From IMG/VR virus record IMGVR_UViG_3300025671_000040: a stretch of DNA of 64,000 bases. The stretch is one strand, 5' to 3'. This document shows, in pieces, positions 16,553-25,840 of the stretch. The notes under the pieces were generated by a model that had not been told where the DNA came from, did no database searches, and saw nothing but the letters and a program-made list of their open reading frames with translations. Origin of the DNA: an uncultured virus (IMG/VR IMGVR_UViG_3300025671_000040). Lineage: Duplodnaviria; Heunggongvirae; Uroviricota; Caudoviricetes. The position numbers were made by a program, and so were the translations under genes. How positions within the stretch are numbered: the stretch's first letter is position 1; each line of letters begins with the position of its first letter.

Positions 16553-18124
16553 ATGGCTAACATCGAAGAACAGATTCAGAACAAGAACAGGCCAATGCCT
16601 GAAGTGTTCCGACGCCAGGATCTCCGCAACAGCGGTGGTTGGGACGTTGGCAACGCCAAAGCCGTCCGAGGCGAACCGTTCATCACGGTCTCCGGACGCA
16701 TCATGCGAGTCCCGTTGGACGACTCCGAGCTTGCCCGTGCCATCCGTGGTCACGAGCAGGTTCATGTCAAGGTCTCACCCGCCGACATTACCCCCTATGT
16801 CAACGAGGCCGTCGGTGAAGACGCCATCCGTGCAGCCGAAGAAGCCAGGGTAAACTTTATCGCCCAGGAACTTGGGTTCCCGATGAAAGCCCTCATCACC
16901 GGCTCCGAACGGCACGAAGGTGAGATGATCGCAAAGCAGGGCGACTGGAACGCACTCGTCTGCGCAGTCGCAGCTTCGATCAACACCGGCAGCCTCACCC
17001 CGCTCATCTCCGGCATCCGCAAGGAGAACCCGGCATGGGCCGACTCGGCACGCACCATCGCATCGGAGCTTGTCAAGTACCAGAAAAACCAGATCAAGAA
17101 GATCAAGAAGGGCAAGTACGGCAGCTTCAAGTACGCTGACGAAGCAGGCACCCTCGGGTACTACGGCAGCACCACTCCGTTCTTCAGCTACGATCATGTC
17201 ACCGGACGCAACGTCCAAACCGACCGGATCGAAGGGATGAACTACAGCATCGAGATGGCACTCATGATCGAGTCCATCGCCTCGATGCCCCCCAAGCCGC
17301 CGCAGCAGGACGAGACCGAGGACGCTGAACCCACCGAAGGTGAAAGCGAACTTGATCCCGAAAACCTTAAGCGAACAACTGGCGACGCCGAAGCAGCCGA
17401 GCTTGCAGACCAAGACCAGCCGATCGACCGCAAGGAGATTCAGGAGAAAGCCAAGCGGCTCCTCGAAGGCAACGTCGGACTCTACGGCTCAGGCTCATGG
17501 ATCCCCGTCAGCCTCCGCAAGATGCCTCTCACCACCACGGTGCAGGGAGCCATCGGTTACAAGCGAGGACCGTCCCAGGTCGGACGCAACCCTCGCCGGA
17601 TGGTCCGCTACCTCACCGACCCCGAGAAGCGCATCTTCGACCGCAAGGTCAAGTCGCAGGGTGGCGTCGTTCTGATCGACGTGTCCGGCTCGATGAGCCT
17701 CAGCAAAGATCAGGTAAAGAACATCATGCTCGCCGCTCCCGGCTGCACCGTTCTTGCCCACTCGGCATCGTTCGCCGCCGACTCCAAGCACAACCTCTGG
17801 CTCCTGGCCGACAAGGGCAAAATCTGCGCTGAGCTTCCCCGCTTCCCCGGCGGCAACGGCAACGACCTGCCCGCCCTGGAGTACGCCCTGAGCCTCAAGC
17901 AGACCATCAAGGCCCCAGTCCTCTGGGTCACCGACGGCATGGTCTACAGAGGCTACGGAGGCGGCATCATGGACGAGATGGAATGTGCCAAGGTTGCACA
18001 CCGCAACAGCGTCCACATGGAATACAGCGTGGACGATGCCATCACCTACCTTCGAGGATTGCAGGCAGGCGAGAAGCCACAGCCCCGCATCCTAGAGCGT
18101 TGGCGAGAACACATCGCCAGCTAA
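16553..18124 (+). CDS. CobT-like VWA protein with N-terminal HExxH metallopeptidase-like motif
   Basis: HEQVH; MIDAS DVSGS; VTDG; follows a MoxR-type ATPase. Confidence 0.8.
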   Translation: MANIEEQIQNKNRPMPEVFRRQDLRNSGGWDVGNAKAVRGEPFITVSGRIMRVPLDDSELARAIRGHEQVHVKVSPADITPYVNEAVGEDAIRAAEEARVNFIAQELGFPMKALITGSERHEGEMIAKQGDWNALVCAVAASINTGSLTPLISGIRKENPAWADSARTIASELVKYQKNQIKKIKKGKYGSFKYADEAGTLGYYGSTTPFFSYDHVTGRNVQTDRIEGMNYSIEMALMIESIASMPPKPPQQDETEDAEPTEGESELDPENLKRTTGDAEAAELADQDQPIDRKEIQEKAKRLLEGNVGLYGSGSWIPVSLRKMPLTTTVQGAIGYKRGPSQVGRNPRRMVRYLTDPEKRIFDRKVKSQGGVVLIDVSGSMSLSKDQVKNIMLAAPGCTVLAHSASFAADSKHNLWLLADKGKICAELPRFPGGNGNDLPALEYALSLKQTIKAPVLWVTDGMVYRGYGGGIMDEMECAKVAHRNSVHMEYSVDDAITYLRGLQAGEKPQPRILERWREHIAS

Positions 18125-18129
18125 AACAG

Positions 18130-18170
18130 GAGACCCCCGCAGCGCACCTCTCTCGCTGCGGGGGTCTTTC
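18130..18170 (+). terminator. Intrinsic terminator
   Basis: GACCCCCGCAGCG...CGCTGCGGGGGTC then TTT. Confidence 0.8.
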
Positions 18171-18300
18171 CCGTTCTCTTACAGCCCGTACGCCCGACCC
18201 GCAGTAGCTGTAGATATGCAACGAACAGTGACTAACCCCTAGCAACCATTCACTAACTACACTACACTAAAAAGAAATGACACACGGGAGCTTTTCAAAA

Positions 18301-18654
18301 ATGACAGATGAACTTTTCCCCCAGCAAGAATGGAACGGCGCACCCCTCGAAGACGTACAAGCCCTGTTCGACTTCTGGAAGACCACCTTCAACAAGCGAA
18401 CCTCCACCGTCCTAGACGACAAGCGCAAGGACAAGCTGGCTACAGCCCTCCGCCACTACGGCATGGACACCTGCAAGCACGCCATCCTCGGCTGCTCGAT
18501 GTCAGACTTCCACATGGGCAACAATAATCGAAACAAGATTTACAACGACCTCACATTGATCTTCCGCAACGCCGAAAAAGTCGAAGCGTTCGTAGAGCTT
18601 TACGAACAGCAGACCACCTCCGCCCACGACCTCGACCAATGGCTCAACAGCTAA
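18301..18654 (+). CDS. Protein resembling the C-terminal domain of phage replication initiators
   Basis: FDFWK...AILGCSMSDFHMGNN...YNDLTLIFRNAEKVE pattern. Confidence 0.55.
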   Translation: MTDELFPQQEWNGAPLEDVQALFDFWKTTFNKRTSTVLDDKRKDKLATALRHYGMDTCKHAILGCSMSDFHMGNNNRNKIYNDLTLIFRNAEKVEAFVELYEQQTTSAHDLDQWLNS

Positions 18655-18665
18655 GGAAACCCAAC

Positions 18666-19103
18666 ATGGCAGGATCCACCATCACCATCACTCAAGATTG
18701 GCCCAGCAGTGAAGCCCCCGAAGGCTACCGCATCAGCATGGAACTAAAAAGAGCGCCCATGACTGAGATCTATGAGTTTGCCGACTGGCTCGAAGACCAT
18801 AACTGGCTCGATCAGGCAGCCGGTATCCGGGAACACGACCCATTCGGGCTGGGTGGCCACCCCCAGTCACCAAGCAACCCGCTCGACCGTCTAAGTAAAA
18901 TCCAAAAGACAGAAGGCATAAAAATCAGCTACCGTTACCCCAACATGAAATTCATGTACGAACCCGAAACCAACGACTTCGTATGCACCATGCAAGTACT
19001 AGGAGCGACCTACAAGGACCTACAAGACCTTGCAGACTGGCTCGACACCCGTGACTGGAGCGAAGAGGCGACCACCGTCCGAGAACACCCCCTCCCAGCC
19101 TGA
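18666..19103 (+). CDS. Hypothetical protein with an internal duplication
   Basis: ADWLEDHNW...IREH and ADWLDTRDW...VREH; AAGGA RBS. Confidence 0.7.
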   Translation: MAGSTITITQDWPSSEAPEGYRISMELKRAPMTEIYEFADWLEDHNWLDQAAGIREHDPFGLGGHPQSPSNPLDRLSKIQKTEGIKISYRYPNMKFMYEPETNDFVCTMQVLGATYKDLQDLADWLDTRDWSEEATTVREHPLPA

Positions 19104-19370
19104 TGCTCCACCACTACTACATCGGCATCCGGATCCTCGCAGACCGCATCGGCCTCGACCCCTGGGACGTAAACGCCCAACAAGTCAGCCGATACCTGCG
19201 CATCCACGAGAAGCCAGCCACCAGCCGCTACTGGTTCGGCAGCCCCTGCCGGTACCTACGCACCCTCGACGCCGTAGTACACGTCTGGCTACCCGCAGCC
19301 ACCGAAGAACGACACCCCCGGCTAGCCGCCTACCTCAGACGCACCAGCCCCAGATGGAAACCGCCCCGAA

Positions 19371-19715
19371 TCAACCTACGCACACATCACAAAAATGACA
19401 GAACCGAAACTCACCCAACACAAACTCCTGCTCAGGATCATAACTACAAGGCCACGGATCACCGCAAGGCCCAATCAACCTATCGCCCTCGCCAGCAACG
19501 TACCCTCTCAACACGTCAACTACGGTAGGGACCGGAGCAGCCGGATCCGGCCTCTTCGGAAGCTCAATGGTGTCCCTAGCGCCCGCATCTAAAACGAAGC
19601 AACACAACTGAGACACACTCATGCCCTTCTCATCCGCCGCCTCCTGCAAAACATTTTTCAACCAAACAGGAACAGAAATGTGGAGCTTCGTCAAAGCATT
19701 ACTATCATCCATCAT
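19371..19715 (-). CDS. Ribbon-helix-helix DNA-binding protein
   Basis: LHISVPVWLKNVLQEAADEKGMSVSQL; C-terminal Cys motifs. Confidence 0.7.
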   Translation of the reverse strand: MMDDSNALTKLHISVPVWLKNVLQEAADEKGMSVSQLCCFVLDAGARDTIELPKRPDPAAPVPTVVDVLRGYVAGEGDRLIGPCGDPWPCSYDPEQEFVLGEFRFCHFCDVCVG

Positions 19716-19933
19716 TCATCCAAATTTTCCTCAAACTGATCAAGAGACTCCAACCCAGCCTCCTTCAACGCCATCAAACGAAGAAGCTCAGTCATCGACA
19801 TGTCATACCCATCAGCAATATCCAACAACAAATTCTTCAACCGGGCATCCACACGAAACGACAAACCCGCAAACCCATCAACCGCACGCTTCGCCGGACG
19901 ACCCGGCCCCCTCGGAAAACTCATATCAGACAC
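19712..19933 (-). CDS. Ribbon-helix-helix protein with AT-hook-like GRP
   Basis: RGPGRP; LSFRVDARLKNLLLDIADGYDMSMTELLR. Confidence 0.7.
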   Translation of the reverse strand: MSDMSFPRGPGRPAKRAVDGFAGLSFRVDARLKNLLLDIADGYDMSMTELLRLMALKEAGLESLDQFEENLDE

Positions 19934-19973
19934 AACAAACCTCCAAAATATATAAATAGTCTACCACAAACCC

Positions 19974-20050
19974 GGGGCAGAAGCATAACGGGTAAATGCA
20001 CCGTCCTTATACGGCGGAGAAAGTGAGTTCAAGCCTCACCTGCCCCACCA
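19974..20050 (+). tRNA. tRNA-Ile (anticodon UAU)
   Basis: GGGGCAG/CTGCCCC acceptor, CCGTC-CTTATAC-GGCGG anticodon arm, GTGAG-TTCAAGC-CTCAC T-arm, encoded CCA. Confidence 0.9.
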
Positions 20051-20236
20051 CAAGCCACTACAACACCCAATGGTATCCCCACTGTGACCACAACCACCCC
20101 CACACACCAAAACCAGCAAACCCCACCACGGTATACCAAAAGTTAGATAACCCCTAAAGGAGCAGACTCTGAACCGACGACCTCGAACGAGAACTCACCA
20201 AAACACGCAGCCGCTGGATGTAACAAACAACAACGC

Positions 20237-20272
20237 AAAAAGGGGGACCCCCACACGAGGGTCCCCCCTTTT
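20237..20272. terminator. Bidirectional intrinsic terminator
   Basis: AAAAAGGGGGACCC-loop-GGGTCCCCCTTTTT between convergent units. Confidence 0.85.
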
Positions 20273-20283
20273 ACGTACCCAAA

Positions 20284-20616
20284 CTATCGCAAACGAGACC
20301 CACAATCCAAACAAAACTCAGACCACGGATACGACTTCCGCTTCTCCAACGGATGCATACACGTAAACACCTCACGCCACCGAGCATCCGCCATCTGACG
20401 CAACCACTCAGAAACCGACAAACCATCAGCCTCCGCACACTCCTGCCACTGATCCCGCTGCGACTCAGAAACACGAATAAGCACCTGCTTATCACGCACC
20501 TCATCCACAGGCTCCGCCACAGACTCAACCAAAGCAGCCTCAACAGCACCAACCGCCTCAGCCCGAGCAACCTCATCAGCCAACAACGTCTTCTTCAAAT
20601 AATCACTAGACATCAC
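20284..20616 (-). CDS. Ribbon-helix-helix protein with C-terminal zinc motif
   Basis: VLIRVSESQRDQWQECAEADGLSVSEWLR; CMH...CLDC. Confidence 0.75.
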   Translation of the reverse strand: MMSSDYLKKTLLADEVARAEAVGAVEAALVESVAEPVDEVRDKQVLIRVSESQRDQWQECAEADGLSVSEWLRQMADARWREVFTCMHPLEKRKSYPWSEFCLDCGSRLR

Positions 20617-21278
20617 AAATCCTCACTTTCATCAACAATCTCAGCATCAACAACATCCAAATCATCCAACTCAACCCTATCCTCCTCCAAACCACCACGC
20701 TCCTCAACACTAGACAAAATATCCCCAACAACACCCTCATCCAAAACCCCAGACGAAGCCATCAACTCCAACAACTGCAACGACTCCGCCTTCGCAGCCT
20801 CCCCCGTCTCCAACACCTCACCACCAGCAGCACCAGCCAAACTACTCCGAACATCAATGGTATCCCCACCACCCCCATCCATCTGCAACTCAACCACAGC
20901 ACGCTCCACATTCATACCCAAAAGCTTCGCACGACGATCCATAATACCCAACACCGTACGAACAGCGTTCTGATCCGGCTCCAACATCACCTCAGAACCA
21001 TCATCTAACACTTCCCGACGGAACTGAGTCAACGGCCACAGGCCCTTCTGAAGCTCATCTAACCTCTCCAGCTCCAACCTAAGCACCTCAGGATACGAAA
21101 GAAAAGCCTCACTATTAAGCCGACCCAACTGCCGCCGAGTAGCAGCAGCAACAGAAGCCGCCGTCATATCAAAACGACGAGCAATCTCCTGATTCGACAA
21201 ACCCGACTTCTTCAAACCAAAAATCCGGGCATCCCGCTCAGCCAAAAACTCTCTCGACAGCCTATTAGAATCAACCAT
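20613..21278 (-). CDS. HTH protein, possible terminase small subunit
   Basis: N-terminal HTH (GLSNQEIARRF), LELERLD...W, IMDRRAKLLG pattern seen in actinophage TerS-like proteins. Confidence 0.6.
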   Translation of the reverse strand: MVDSNRLSREFLAERDARIFGLKKSGLSNQEIARRFDMTAASVAAATRRQLGRLNSEAFLSYPEVLRLELERLDELQKGLWPLTQFRREVLDDGSEVMLEPDQNAVRTVLGIMDRRAKLLGMNVERAVVELQMDGGGGDTIDVRSSLAGAAGGEVLETGEAAKAESLQLLELMASSGVLDEGVVGDILSSVEERGGLEEDRVELDDLDVVDAEIVDESEDL

Positions 21279-21317
21279 AACAATACTGTATATCCCCCAG
21301 CTATACAACCACAGCAA

Positions 21318-21701
21318 CTATTGCCGATACAAACGAGACCAAACCTGAGCCAACGTAAACCGCTCCGCACGAACCCCACGCCTCTGACCCTCCGCAGCCA
21401 ACTGCCTAGGAGTCAACCCAGCCCACACACCATGCTGATCCGAAACCGGAAACTCCAACGCATACTCCAAACACTCCCTACGGACCGGACACGCCCTGCA
21501 TAAACGTCGTGCCTCACTAATGTAGGAGAGGTCTTTGTGTTCTTTGGGGAACATGAGATGTGTTTTGTTTCGGCAGTTTGCTTGGTTGGTCCAGTGGGGT
21601 TTTGGGGTGTTTTTGGGGGGTGTTTGTGTGTCTGGTTGGGGGTGGTGTGGTTGTGTATCGGTTGTGTGGGTTTTGGTTAGGTGGTGGAGGGGGTTTCGCA
21701 T
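21318..21701 (-). CDS. whiB: WhiB-family Fe-S transcription factor
   Basis: ANC...CRACPVRREC...GVWAG; start uncertain. Confidence 0.9.
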   Translation of the reverse strand: MRNPLHHLTKTHTTDTQPHHPQPDTQTPPKNTPKPHWTNQANCRNKTHLMFPKEHKDLSYISEARRLCRACPVRRECLEYALEFPVSDQHGVWAGLTPRQLAAEGQRRGVRAERFTLAQVWSRLYRQ

Positions 21702-21965
21702 TTTGGCCTTTCTTATACTGTTGGTGGGTAGTATTAGTAGGCTCTTTGGTTGTTAGTTTAGTTTGGGTTTGGGGGGTGTGTCAAGTGGTTACCGGTCTCG
21801 TAGGGTTAGGTCTATCAGCATCATGAGGACGATTGCACCGAATACGAGTGTGTATGCTTTTACTACAGGGTCCATATCGAGTGTTTCTGTATAGTGTAAA
21901 TGGGTGCTTTGGTGGGTTTTTGTATCGTGGAGGTGTTTAGCGGTCGTTTATTCGGGGTGGGTTGT

Positions 21966-22274
21966 TTACTTTCTTGAGGATAGGTGGGCTTGGACGTAGG
22001 CTTCGTAGAGTCCGCAGAGGAGGTCGTCTAAGTCGCTTAGTCCTTGTGTGAGGAGGGTCCATATCTCTTCTTGTACGAGTTTTTCGATCTTTTCTCGGTC
22101 TTCGGGGGTGGCTTCGGTGAGTAGCCAGCGGTAGGTGGCGGAGTCTGGACTGTTCCTTTTGAGTTCGGTTTTAGCAAACTTTTCCATCTGTTCCCGGCTA
22201 AGGCTGATGGTTACGATGGCGTTGTCGGGTTCGTATTCGAGGGGTAGTTCGTGTGGTTCATGAATGCTTAGCAT
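21966..22274 (-). CDS. Hypothetical protein
   Basis: AAGGAG RBS. Confidence 0.6.
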   Translation of the reverse strand: MLSIHEPHELPLEYEPDNAIVTISLSREQMEKFAKTELKRNSPDSATYRWLLTEATPEDREKIEKLVQEEIWTLLTQGLSDLDDLLCGLYEAYVQAHLSSRK

Positions 22275-22644
22275 GGTTATGCTCCTTTGCTGTCCAGGCG
22301 AGAGCTTGTCTGCCGGAGGCGTTGACGAATGTGAGCTGGGTTCCTGTGGTTTCATCGACTGCAGGGACGATAAGTTCGTGTTTTTCACGTAGGGTTCGGA
22401 CTTGCCTTCGTGCTGTCTCGGTGCGGGGCATGAGACCTGCGTCTACTGCTGCGAGTGCGATCTCGTCGTCGGTGGCTGGGCCGTGATCCGTAAGCCAGTT
22501 GAGAATCCAACGGTGGCTGTCTTTTAGTTCTAGCGAAATGGACTGAGCCGCAGCCTTTGACGTTTCTGGGTCGGTGGAGCGGGCTAGTTTGTGAGCGTCG
22601 TAGTCTAGGGTAAGCTGGTGCTGTTCGTGCGAGTAACTACTCAT
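22258..22644 (-). CDS. Winged-HTH phage protein (ARSTDPETS)
   Basis: ARxTDPETSxxAA motif and GPATDDEI helix. Confidence 0.75.
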   Translation of the reverse strand: MSSYSHEQHQLTLDYDAHKLARSTDPETSKAAAQSISLELKDSHRWILNWLTDHGPATDDEIALAAVDAGLMPRTETARRQVRTLREKHELIVPAVDETTGTQLTFVNASGRQALAWTAKEHNHAKHS

Positions 22645-22910
22645 GTGTTTGCTTTCTCGGGTTCTTGCCAAATGATACGAGTATGGCAGTCTTCTATGAA
22701 GAAATGGTTATCTACGATGGGGGCCGAGATACCGATCAGGCCGTATGTGCCCTCATATGCAGCTATTCTAGCGCCCTCAATTTGGGCTAGCAACCCTAAC
22801 TGGTCGGTTTCTTTGATGATCGTTCCGTCGGTTTTGTCTGTAATTTTGACGTATTTGCGGTCGGTATCTATGTACCAGTAGTTGTCTCCGGCAGTGAATT
22901 CGTAAATCAT
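22641..22910 (-). CDS. Hypothetical protein
   Basis: Coupled ORF. Confidence 0.6.
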   Translation of the reverse strand: MIYEFTAGDNYWYIDTDRKYVKITDKTDGTIIKETDQLGLLAQIEGARIAAYEGTYGLIGISAPIVDNHFFIEDCHTRIIWQEPEKANT

Positions 22911-23258
22911 CGGGGGGTGTTACCTACTGTTCTGATGAAATTTCTGGTTTCGGTCATATGGTAGTAGCCGCTCCGTAGAGCTTTATACGTGGGTTTGATG
23001 CTTAAAATCATGAATACTGCCGCCGCCGTACCCCACAGGGTACGCTCTTTCCACACCGGACGAGACGGTCTTGTTTCTAACTTAATTGTCTTCATGTTGG
23101 TTTTTTGGTACCCGGGGGAAGATGGCATCCGCACGGACATAGGGGCCTCGCTTTTCTCTTCTCTTTGTCGTAAAGTTTACCTCCCACACACTCTGTTCCG
23201 GGCGGAACTTTACAAACATGGTTAGTATTTTTACGACGTTTAGCCACTAGTTAAATCC

Positions 23259-23441
23259 TCAAATTTGGTCCATTGAGTAGGTCTTTTCTTCGATCTGTTC
23301 CCATGTTTCATCCAGCCGAGCAAGCCTCTCTTGGAAGGTTCTATTCCATTCTGAGAGGTCTTTTTCTAGCTGCCGAACCAGCCAAACGTTAGCAATGATG
23401 GCGGATGCGATCAACGATAGCATGACGGTGACTAGAATCAT
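23259..23441 (-). CDS. Small membrane protein
   Basis: N-terminal TM helix followed by a coiled coil. Confidence 0.55.
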   Translation of the reverse strand: MILVTVMLSLIASAIIANVWLVRQLEKDLSEWNRTFQERLARLDETWEQIEEKTYSMDQI

Positions 23442-23734
23442 GTCTTTTTTCGTCTTTCGATAGGGAATTTACGGGTAAATTTAAACCGCTTAGCCTTGTT
23501 CCGCATGGAAGTTCTGAGCGTATAGGGGATGAAATCGTCGCCTCGGCGGGCTTTCATGAACCCTGAATTGCTCTGCTGCCTCATACTTTTACGGGAAAAA
23601 TAGTCCAATAACGACACCAAAAGGTTAGCTAACGCTACCTTCATCAGTATGTTGCCAGGGTAAACAGCAATAAACAACAGCAGCACAGGTGTGGATAGCT
23701 GCCATCGTAAGAAGTAACGTAAGAATTGCCTCAT
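23438..23734 (-). CDS. Membrane protein
   Basis: RWQLSTP plus hydrophobic helices; GAGG RBS. Confidence 0.55.
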   Translation of the reverse strand: MRQFLRYFLRWQLSTPVLLLFIAVYPGNILMKVALANLLVSLLDYFSRKSMRQQSNSGFMKARRGDDFIPYTLRTSMRNKAKRFKFTRKFPIERRKKT

Positions 23735-24061
23735 AAATTACAGTTCCTCATCCGACGATAGGGTCAGCGAACGGGCCGACTGCATCAAATCGAGCAGCCC
23801 GTTCTGCATATCGGCGGCTGAAACCACAGTGTGGCCCGCAACCTGCTTCAACATATCCTCAATTTGAGAGATAAAGTCGGTGACATCCATAGTTGAATCA
23901 GTCATTTCTATCCTTTGGTAGTGGCTTGACGTACTCGCCGGGAGGCTGAGTAATCAAACCGATGAACGGTTGCGAGAATGTATATCCCTCAAACGGGTCT
24001 TCGCCGTAACGTAGCTTACGTAGCCACTTCTTAAACTTCTTCATGTATATACTGATTCTAC

Positions 24062-24154
24062 TTACGAGATCTCGATCTCAATCGGCTGCTGCTCTTCCGG
24101 AATAACCTTCTCTACATTGATACTCAGCAAGCCGTCAGCCATCGACGCAGACAT
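24062..24154 (-). pseudogene. C-terminal remnant of a small heat-shock protein (Hsp20)
   Basis: ASMADGLLSINVEKVIPEEQQPIEIEI matches the Hsp20 beta8-beta9 and IxI tail; N-terminal part absent. Confidence 0.65.
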
Positions 24155-24338
24155 GTTACGAAGTGTAACGGAGATAGGTGCTAGTTGGGGGGCGACCCCT
24201 TCACACTTGCCGTGGGACTAGCTGCTCCACGTCCACTACACTTGTACGCATGTAGTGGTCATAATGCTAAGCCGTACAGCCTCCAGAGAAAAGACTGGCA
24301 AAGTCTTACGGTGTGAACTGCCATCCACCCGCCTCAAC

Positions 24339-24404
24339 GCCACCTCCCCACCGAAGTGGGGAACGCTCTGAGCCTAAAGCCTATTTAACGTCGCTCAGAC
24401 GACG
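24339..24404 (-). ncRNA. Pistol self-cleaving ribozyme
   Basis: CGUCG-UCUGAG-CGACG UUAAAUAG GCU UUAGG CUCAGA GCG UUCCCCAC-UUCG-GUGGGGAG GU GGC: P1, pseudoknot, AAAUA linker, GCG, P3 and GU site in pistol order. Confidence 0.85.
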
Positions 24405-24410
24405 GTACGA

Positions 24411-24698
24411 TCATCGGGTGGTACCGACAACCTCGCCCCACGCCATGCCCTTGTTGGCACGGCTGTTCGCCTCACGGACCCAAGCGGTAGCTGCCGGGTT
24501 CAGGAAACGATCGTACTTACGGTTGCCCTGCAGAGAACGAATCTCACGGGGCGACATACCGGCAGCGTGCAGCGCATTACCGATAAGGCCACGAGGATGA
24601 CGATACGTCACCATCTTCGAGGAACGGTTACGGGCCGTCGGGGCACGCTCCGCAACCTCAGTAGCCGCCTGAATAATTGCCTTCTTCGTAATCAACAT
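24411..24698 (-). CDS. Basic hypothetical protein
   Basis: AAAGGAG RBS; promoter TTGACA...TATAAT upstream. Confidence 0.75.
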   Translation of the reverse strand: MLITKKAIIQAATEVAERAPTARNRSSKMVTYRHPRGLIGNALHAAGMSPREIRSLQGNRKYDRFLNPAATAWVREANSRANKGMAWGEVVGTTR

Positions 24699-24753
24699 AA
24701 TCTCCTTTGTTTATCGTTGACTGTGGGTATTATACCAGCCTCGGCGCAGTGTG

Positions 24754-25140
24754 TCAAGGCCAGACTCTAAAGAACGTCCACTCACCATTCTCATCAGTGT
24801 AGTAAACCCTCTTGATTCCATGCTCCCTAATCGCTTCCATGCAACGAGAACAAGGCTTAGCAAGCGCCAAATTGCCGCTCCGAGTAACACGAGCAACAAA
24901 CAACCTAGCACCCCGAGTATCACCAGCATTCCGCAAAGCATCCGCTTCAGCATGAATAGAACAATGGAAATGCTTAGAGTCCTCCACAACGGAAGGATCG
25001 TTCTTCACACGATTAAAACCCGTGGAAAGCACAGAACCGCCTCTCCATACAACAGAGCCTAGACGCCACTTATCATGATCAGACTTTTCGGCAGTGGCGA
25101 CAGCAATTGTCCTCGCCGTATTACTCACTGTAATGCTCAA
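24754..25140 (-). CDS. Zinc-dependent cytidine/dCMP deaminase-family protein
   Basis: HAE and PCSRC motifs. Confidence 0.85.
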   Translation of the reverse strand: MSITVSNTARTIAVATAEKSDHDKWRLGSVVWRGGSVLSTGFNRVKNDPSVVEDSKHFHCSIHAEADALRNAGDTRGARLFVARVTRSGNLALAKPCSRCMEAIREHGIKRVYYTDENGEWTFFRVWP

Positions 25141-25372
25141 TAAGATTCTCTAAAGCATCCGTAATGAAACGGGTAACACTTTGCTTAATAATTGCATCAG
25201 CAAGATCGCCGTCAATTACAGCAATTTCTTTACCTGAACCGTCTGTAATGCAGATAGCGTTAGCATCAGAAATGATCTTGATTGCTTCACATATTGCATC
25301 AGCGTGAACTCCAGACACTACCTGAGCATAACGAATCTCATTTAAAAGTTTAACTACAGTGTTATCGTCCAT
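25121..25372 (-). CDS. Hypothetical protein
   Basis: AAGGAG RBS. Confidence 0.6.
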   Translation of the reverse strand: MDDNTVVKLLNEIRYAQVVSGVHADAICEAIKIISDANAICITDGSGKEIAVIDGDLADAIIKQSVTRFITDALENLIEHYSE

Positions 25373-25511
25373 GATGCTCCTTCATTCCCAGTCCCCGTCA
25401 GTGTTGAGCAGCCACGTCATCAGAATAATGATTCCGATAGCGCAACCGATTCCAAAAGCGTGCCAGTGATTCATACCGTCATTTTAGCACACGCACATAG
25501 GCACGTCAAGA

Positions 25512-25718
25512 CTAGTGCTTGTTCAACACCTCGTTAGCGTACTCGGCAAACTCTGACGCATCATTCTTAAACCAGAACGGGAACACGGCGTGGATAAGCA
25601 GCATAAAGCCAATCACAATAAACTCTACAGCAAAACCTGCGGCGAACAAGAAATGATCGCCGTATGTCATTTTATTTGACTTCGGGTGATCCGTAAACTT
25701 TTGAGAAAAAGCCTTCAT
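25512..25718 (-). CDS. Small membrane protein (DUF6356-like)
   Basis: HP...MTYGDHFLFA...IHAVFPFWF...AS pattern. Confidence 0.65.
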   Translation of the reverse strand: MKAFSQKFTDHPKSNKMTYGDHFLFAAGFAVEFIVIGFMLLIHAVFPFWFKNDASEFAEYANEVLNKH

Positions 25719-25840
25719 CTTTGCGTCCTGATTCTTTTACCTCAACTTCTTTTGGGGTTTCGACTTGTTTAGAAACCAGCTTAATAGCGGGACGTTCACC
25801 CAGCATTTCTTCAGGTAAACTATCCCACCAGTCAGGCATG

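Noticed and set aside
19103..19528. + strand 141-aa ORF
   Set aside because: Possibly real because it is coupled to the upstream stop, but it overlaps the RHH gene antisense by about 160 nt and has no recognisable motif
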